The translations under genes and the position numbers were made by a program. Of a stretch of DNA of 35,171 nt, positions 30,716-35,171 are shown piece by piece; position 1 is the stretch's first letter; each line of letters opens with the position of its first letter. Below the pieces are notes generated by a model that saw nothing but the letters and a program-made list of their open reading frames with translations, was not told the DNA's origin and searched no databases. The DNA comes from Deltaproteobacteria bacterium (GTDB lineage Bacteria; Desulfobacterota; GWC2-55-46). Location of the stretch: assembly GCA_038043305.1 (NCBI GenBank), contig JBBTCG010000085.1:1-35171 (forward strand), in the 5' to 3' direction.

Positions 30716-30878
30716 GGAAGGTCTGATTTATTCCTTTTTTGTCATTCCCGAGGTTTTAATCGGGAATCCAGAAATGAACGTCTATGGACACTGGATTCCC
30801 GCTAAAAGCACGCGGGAATGACACCGACTAGTGCCTTGCCTCAATGCGTCTCAAGGTGAATTAATCAGACCTTCCCTA
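30713..30878. mobile_element. 166-bp MITE-like element with 21-bp imperfect TIRs (TA ends) enclosing a dRS3/CGTC-type palindrome doublet
   Basis: TAAGGAAGGTCTGATTTATTC ... GAATTAATCAGACCTTCCCTA (19/21 inverted match). Interior GTCATTCCCG-N10-CGGGAATCCAG ... CTGGATTCCCG-N11-CGGGAATGAC (30741-30822). Confidence 0.8.
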
Positions 30879-30970
30879 ATAATATTCTTGATAGATAAGA
30901 AGCTGTTAAAGGAGTTGCTGTAGCATGAGCAGGACTCTAACAGCAGTTCCGCCTCAATGTTTATTGTGCT

Positions 30971-31013
30971 TCAATAAAAAATAACTTGACGTTAATCTTT
31001 ATTGAGTTAAACT
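30971..31013 (+). promoter_or_regulatory. Promoter TTGACG-16-TAAACT embedded in an inverted repeat (candidate operator)
   Basis: TCAATAAA-AAATAAC-TTGAC-GTTAATC-TTTATTGA dyad centred on the -35 box. Confidence 0.5.
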
Positions 31014-31069
31014 TAATATATAGAACAGGTGTAACCTGTAGACCTTGCGTATACCATCAGAGGTGGACT

Positions 31070-31675
31070 ATGAATAGCAGCAAAAGACCATATACGACCG
31101 GCGAGATTGCCGAGTTGTGTCACGTTACGATAAACGCCGTCAAAAAATGGATAGCCGCCGGAAAGATAAACGCTTTCAGGACGCCGGGGGGCCATTTCCG
31201 CATCAAGAGCGACGAGTTCATGGCCTTTCTCGATAGATATAAGCTCGAAATAAAGGAGGAGGCATTCCCTGAAAGGCGCAGGATACTCGTGGTTGATGAC
31301 GAACCCGGGATTGTCGAATTCATAAAAGGCACCCTTGAGATGATGGAGAGGAACTTTCTGATAGAGACCGCCTCTGACGGTTATGAGGCGCTTATCAAGG
31401 TTGGGGACTTCAAACCTGAACTGCTTATCCTTGACATTAAGATGCCCAAGATAGACGGGCTTGAGGTGTGCAGACGGCTTAAGTCGGACGAGGCCACGAA
31501 GCATATCAAGATCCTTGTCGTTACCGCATACGGTCAGACTGAGATAGCCTCCGCCATACTCAAGTGCGGCGCTGACGTATGCCTGTCAAAGCCCCTTAAC
31601 CTCAAGGCGTTGCAGGCGAACGCAGCCGAGTTGCTTGGCCGTGCGGGCAATATTCGTATTCGCCAGCCCGGTTGA
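31070..31675 (+). CDS. Response regulator with N-terminal excisionase/MerR-like HTH and C-terminal receiver domain
   Basis: YTTGEIAELCHVT..AVKKWI..GKI.AFRTPGGHFRI; REC motifs ILVVDD, LILDIKMP, TA, KP. Start refined to ATG 31070 (SD GAGGTGG). Confidence 0.9.
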   Translation: MNSSKRPYTTGEIAELCHVTINAVKKWIAAGKINAFRTPGGHFRIKSDEFMAFLDRYKLEIKEEAFPERRRILVVDDEPGIVEFIKGTLEMMERNFLIETASDGYEALIKVGDFKPELLILDIKMPKIDGLEVCRRLKSDEATKHIKILVVTAYGQTEIASAILKCGADVCLSKPLNLKALQANAAELLGRAGNIRIRQPG

Positions 31676-31727
31676 ATGTTCCCGATTAAACTTCTTATGT
31701 CTATCCTTTCTTTCAAGAAAGGTAAGG
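31638..31727 (+). repeat. Dispersed ~88-bp repeat family, diverged full copy spanning the regulator stop codon
   Basis: GCCGTGCGGGCAATATTCGTATTCGCCAGCC...TTCCCGATTAAACTTCTT...CCTTTCTTTCAAGAAAGGTAAGG. Confidence 0.8.
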
Positions 31728-31750
31728 ACATTGAAAGACGGGTTTTACAG

Positions 31751-33424
31751 ATGAGACAACGGCCAATCACGAGACTCACCGGTTTTCAAAAGCTTGCAAT
31801 TCTACTTACCCTGATTTCCCTTTCTGCGGTCTACGAATATTTCATTTTATCCGGCAAATTAAATAAGATATTGGTGTACGACGAGTTAAGCGATAGTCTG
31901 AGTTCCATAAAGACGAGGGTCTTGCGGCTCGAGTATCTGCTTGACATGTACGTGGTCGCGAGCAGGTTTGAGAACACGACCGTCGAGATGATAAAGGACG
32001 AGGTTTCAGGGCTTGACAGGGATATAAACGAAAAGCTGTTTAATCCCCCCTTCAGGAAGCGCCTTGCCGACGACGCCATGCTTTATGACGGCATATCGGA
32101 CATAGCCGACGATTGGCGGGTGATAACGGGCGAGATAAACAGACTCAACTCCGCTTCCTCAAAGGATGAGGTTATACTCATACATAACGCCGTTGATACG
32201 AATACCGTGCTTGTAATTGAAAGGGCGACCACGCTCCTTAAGGTAACATTCGATAATAGGAATGCGGTCTTTTTTGAGATTGGAAGACATGTATTTTTGA
32301 GCCTTGCGGTTTTTCTGGCCTTTGCGGTTTTTCTGGCCGCGTTGTACTTGAGCCGCATCCATCGTCGGGCGGCACTGTTCGTTCAGACGGCCGGCAGGGT
32401 TGCGGGCGGGGCAAGATTCGAGAGATTCCCTGAATCCGGCGGATACGCCTATACCCTTGGCTTTGCGCTGAACAATATGCTTGATTCGTTCGATGGTATG
32501 CTTGACGAAAAGGACAGGAGATGCTCTTCGATGCGCGTTGAACTGGAAGGCATGGCAAGGCGGATGAAGGCCGTATCGGCATTTTTATCATTTGCCGGCG
32601 CGTCGCTTTCTCAGGTCGAGCTTTTTACCATGCTCCTGAAGGAGCTTGCCCAGTCGCTCTCGATTGACGCCGCCGCAGTGTACCTGATTGAGGAAAACGA
32701 GATGCGCCTCAAATCTTCCGTCGGATTTCCCGAGGAGTACGCAAGGGAGGCGTCAGCCATATGGAAGGGGGCGGACAACGGCGAGGACCGGCGGTCCGGT
32801 GAATCAAGGATTTTTGAACGCATAGAGGATTACCCTGACTCGGCTTATGCAAGGATGCTGGGGCACGCAGGTTTTAACATGCTTTTTATAGCGCCGATGT
32901 CGTACGATAAGGAAGTAACCGGCCTTCTGTACCTCGCATTCAAGGAGCGCGCCGCGGTTTCGGACGAAACTAAGATGTTTTTTGAGACTATCGCAGGCGC
33001 GGCGGCCCTTGCCGCCGGCCATATAGCGCTATTTCAGAGGGAGTTTACGCAGAAAAGGTTTTATGAGCGGATCCTCAATCAATTGCCGCTGGGCGCGGCT
33101 GTCTTTGACAGTGACGGCTATTGCAGATTCTTCAACGACCGCATCAAGAAGCTCATCGGCGCCGACGCAAGCGCGAGTTTTGCGGGCATCTACAGATTAT
33201 TCGACGACGACGCCCTTGCCGCATCCGGGGCGCTGGATGAACTTAAAAAAGTTTATGACGGCGCGGCCTGCGAGACTGTGGTGAATTATGACCCGGCGCT
33301 CCTCGTCAGATACGGCTTCAAAGGGAAGCCGAGACGGCTGCGATTTAACGGCCTTCCTCTGTTTGACCCTTCGGGCGACATACGGGAGATATTGGTAGTG
33401 TGCGACGTGGCCGTGCTCCCTTGA
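31751..33424 (+). CDS. Membrane sensor-like protein: TM, periplasmic helical domain, TM, HAMP-like, GAF, PAS-like; no kinase/output domain
   Basis: Two TM helices; LGFALNNMLDS (HAMP-like); AAAVYLIE, IAPMSYDKEVTGLLYL (GAF); ILNQLPLGAAVFDSDG..FFN and PLFDPSGDI (PAS/PAC). Start refined to 31751. Confidence 0.72.
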   Translation: MRQRPITRLTGFQKLAILLTLISLSAVYEYFILSGKLNKILVYDELSDSLSSIKTRVLRLEYLLDMYVVASRFENTTVEMIKDEVSGLDRDINEKLFNPPFRKRLADDAMLYDGISDIADDWRVITGEINRLNSASSKDEVILIHNAVDTNTVLVIERATTLLKVTFDNRNAVFFEIGRHVFLSLAVFLAFAVFLAALYLSRIHRRAALFVQTAGRVAGGARFERFPESGGYAYTLGFALNNMLDSFDGMLDEKDRRCSSMRVELEGMARRMKAVSAFLSFAGASLSQVELFTMLLKELAQSLSIDAAAVYLIEENEMRLKSSVGFPEEYAREASAIWKGADNGEDRRSGESRIFERIEDYPDSAYARMLGHAGFNMLFIAPMSYDKEVTGLLYLAFKERAAVSDETKMFFETIAGAAALAAGHIALFQREFTQKRFYERILNQLPLGAAVFDSDGYCRFFNDRIKKLIGADASASFAGIYRLFDDDALAASGALDELKKVYDGAACETVVNYDPALLVRYGFKGKPRRLRFNGLPLFDPSGDIREILVVCDVAVLP

Positions 33425-33445
33425 GGCAGGCGAGATAATCATTTT

Positions 33446-35171
33446 ATGAAGGCTTTATTCGAAAAACTAAACATCTCAAAGAAACTCGCGGTGGTATTCC
33501 TTTTCCTGCTTGTGATTATGGGCATGGGCGGCTCCGTAGGGTTGTATAACGCTATACAGATAGCTCTGGTCGCAAAGCAGCTCTATACGGATTCCTTCAA
33601 GAGGGCTGAAACCCTAATGACCATTGAAAACGAGTTCCTATCCGCCCGGCAGGCGATATTTTTGCAGACGGTTATAAGTGAATCCGCATCCAAGACCTAT
33701 CTCAAGGGGTCAATCCAAGAGCACAAGGACAAGATTGCCAGGCTTATAAGCGAATACATGGCGTTGGGGCTTGCTTCTGAGCACGAACGTTTATTGAAAG
33801 ACTTCCATGAAAAATTGTCGCACTACTGGGAGATACATGCCGAGGTCGAAAAATTCTCGTCACGTGGGGATAAAAACAGGGCGCTCTCCGTTATAAGACT
33901 GGAGGGCAACAAGGCATTCACCGATTCCATTAATGCCCTTCGCAAGCTGATAGCTGATGAAAGGTACATCGCCTACGCGGCATATCAGGACTCGGATTTT
34001 TTCGTGCGGGTCATAATAGCGGCAACCCTCGCCTTTACGCTTCTTGCCTTCGCGCTCGTAATATTCCTCTGGCGTACCATGACGCGCGCCCTTGTAAATC
34101 CCATACTTTCCATTGAGACGGCCGCAAAAAAGATAGGCTCTGGAGATCTCAAGGTGAGGGCCTCGGTTACGACGCATGACGAGCTTGGAACCCTTGCAGG
34201 CGCATTCAACAAGATGGCCGCCGGACTTGAAGAATCTTACGAAACCCTTGAGAAAAGGGTGGATGAGCGCACCGAGGAGTTAAGGCTGATGACCGAGGTG
34301 CTGTCAAATAAGAAGCAAGAGCTTGAGCTTTCCAATATGGGGCTTCAGGAGGCCAACAAGATGAAAAGCCAGTTTTTGGCCAATATAAGCCATGAACTCA
34401 GGACCCCGCTCAATTCCATCATCGGTTTTTCCGAGCTCTTGCAGGAAAAGGCGTTCGGCGACCTGAACGAGCGCCAGATGCTCTACGTCGGGTACGTGCA
34501 TACAAGCGGTGGACATCTCCTGCAGCTCATCAACGACATACTCGATCTGTCGAAGATCGAGGCCGGTATGATGGAGCTTCTGAAAGAGGATTTCCCGGTC
34601 GCCGAGTCGCTTGGGCAGATACTCGGCATCGTCAGGCCAATGGCGCACAAAAAGGACGTAGCCGTCAACAACATGATCGCCAAGGCGTCTCCGATGCTCA
34701 ACGCGGACAGGGCAAAGTTCAAGCAGATTATGCTTAATCTCCTCTCAAACGCCATTAAGTTCAACGTCATAGGCGGCCATGTGGACATTACCTGCAACGT
34801 GGTCGAGGAGCCGAACGGCATGAGCATGACAAGGTACGTTGTCCTTAGCGTTGCCGATACGGGCATAGGCATCAAGGGAGAGGACAAGGACAAGCTGTTT
34901 GCCGCGTTCAAGCAGGCGGACTCGTCCATCACGCGGGAGTACGGCGGCACAGGGCTTGGCCTTGCGCTCACCAAGCGGCTCGTCGAACTGCACGGCGGGA
35001 GCATCTGGTTTGACAGCGTCTACGGGCAAGGTTCGACATTTTTCGTCAAGCTGCCGCAGGGCACGGAATCGGCGCATGCGATTGATCTGCCGGATTTTTC
35101 GCGCGCTAATAACGCTCAATCAGGCCGGCCGACAAGAGCGGTCATACTTGTCGCCACGGAAAGCAAAGACA
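33446..35171 (+). CDS. Membrane sensor histidine kinase (four-helix sensor, HAMP, HisKA, HATPase), probably hybrid; 3'-truncated by window edge and absent from the ORF track
   Basis: Read by hand: MKALFEKLNISKKLAVVFLFLLVIM..., HDELGTLAGAFNKMA, KSQFLANISHELRTPLNSIIGFSELL, NLLSNAIKF, DTGIGI, YGGTGLGL, GQGSTF. Confidence 0.93.
   Translation, partial: MKALFEKLNISKKLAVVFLFLLVIMGMGGSVGLYNAIQIALVAKQLYTDSFKRAETLMTIENEFLSARQAIFLQTVISESASKTYLKGSIQEHKDKIARLISEYMALGLASEHERLLKDFHEKLSHYWEIHAEVEKFSSRGDKNRALSVIRLEGNKAFTDSINALRKLIADERYIAYAAYQDSDFFVRVIIAATLAFTLLAFALVIFLWRTMTRALVNPILSIETAAKKIGSGDLKVRASVTTHDELGTLAGAFNKMAAGLEESYETLEKRVDERTEELRLMTEVLSNKKQELELSNMGLQEANKMKSQFLANISHELRTPLNSIIGFSELLQEKAFGDLNERQMLYVGYVHTSGGHLLQLINDILDLSKIEAGMMELLKEDFPVAESLGQILGIVRPMAHKKDVAVNNMIAKASPMLNADRAKFKQIMLNLLSNAIKFNVIGGHVDITCNVVEEPNGMSMTRYVVLSVADTGIGIKGEDKDKLFAAFKQADSSITREYGGTGLGLALTKRLVELHGGSIWFDSVYGQGSTFFVKLPQGTESAHAIDLPDFSRANNAQSGRPTRAVILVATESKD

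Noticed and set aside
31676-31750. ORF-track start of the sensor protein (MFPIKLL...)
   Set aside because: These codons are the dispersed repeat read in frame, so ATG 31751 is more plausible. Similarly, the 30986 start of the regulator is the -35 box.

Overview
Bacterial chromosomal window of mostly core genes from a Gram-negative, moderately GC-rich organism. The gene order and the N-terminally extended RecG look deltaproteobacterial/Desulfobacterota-like (inference). Left to right: GT9 glycosyltransferase (cut by the window edge), ugd, a small prepilin-like gene, a PyrR-type attenuator and pyrR-pyrB-pyrC-carA-[MNT-HEPN]-carB, kup, recG, tRNA-Gly(CCC), an orphan gene, a HlyD/ABC-2 exporter, dciA, ffh-rpsP-khpA-rimM-trmD-rplS-rnhB-yraN, DUF1015, a tRNA methyltransferase, an orphan secreted protein, polA, and a three-gene signalling locus (HTH-REC regulator, kinase-less HAMP/GAF/PAS sensor, histidine kinase cut by the window edge). 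The most unusual signals are small and non-coding. (1) An AT-rich MNT-HEPN pair sits between a frameshifted relic of the carB 5' end and the intact carB start (20-bp direct repeat). (2) A 155-bp GAGCG-rich miniature element at tRNA-Gly is flanked by a 21-bp duplication of the tRNA 3' end. (3) A dispersed ~88-bp hairpin repeat family has 4-5 copies. (4) A TA-flanked MITE contains a dRS3/CGTC-type palindrome doublet. (5) There are also a GTAG-REP and a CCGTGA/TCACGG inverted microsatellite. Six genes have their stop codons inside these repeats. No CRISPR array, integrase or transposase is visible.
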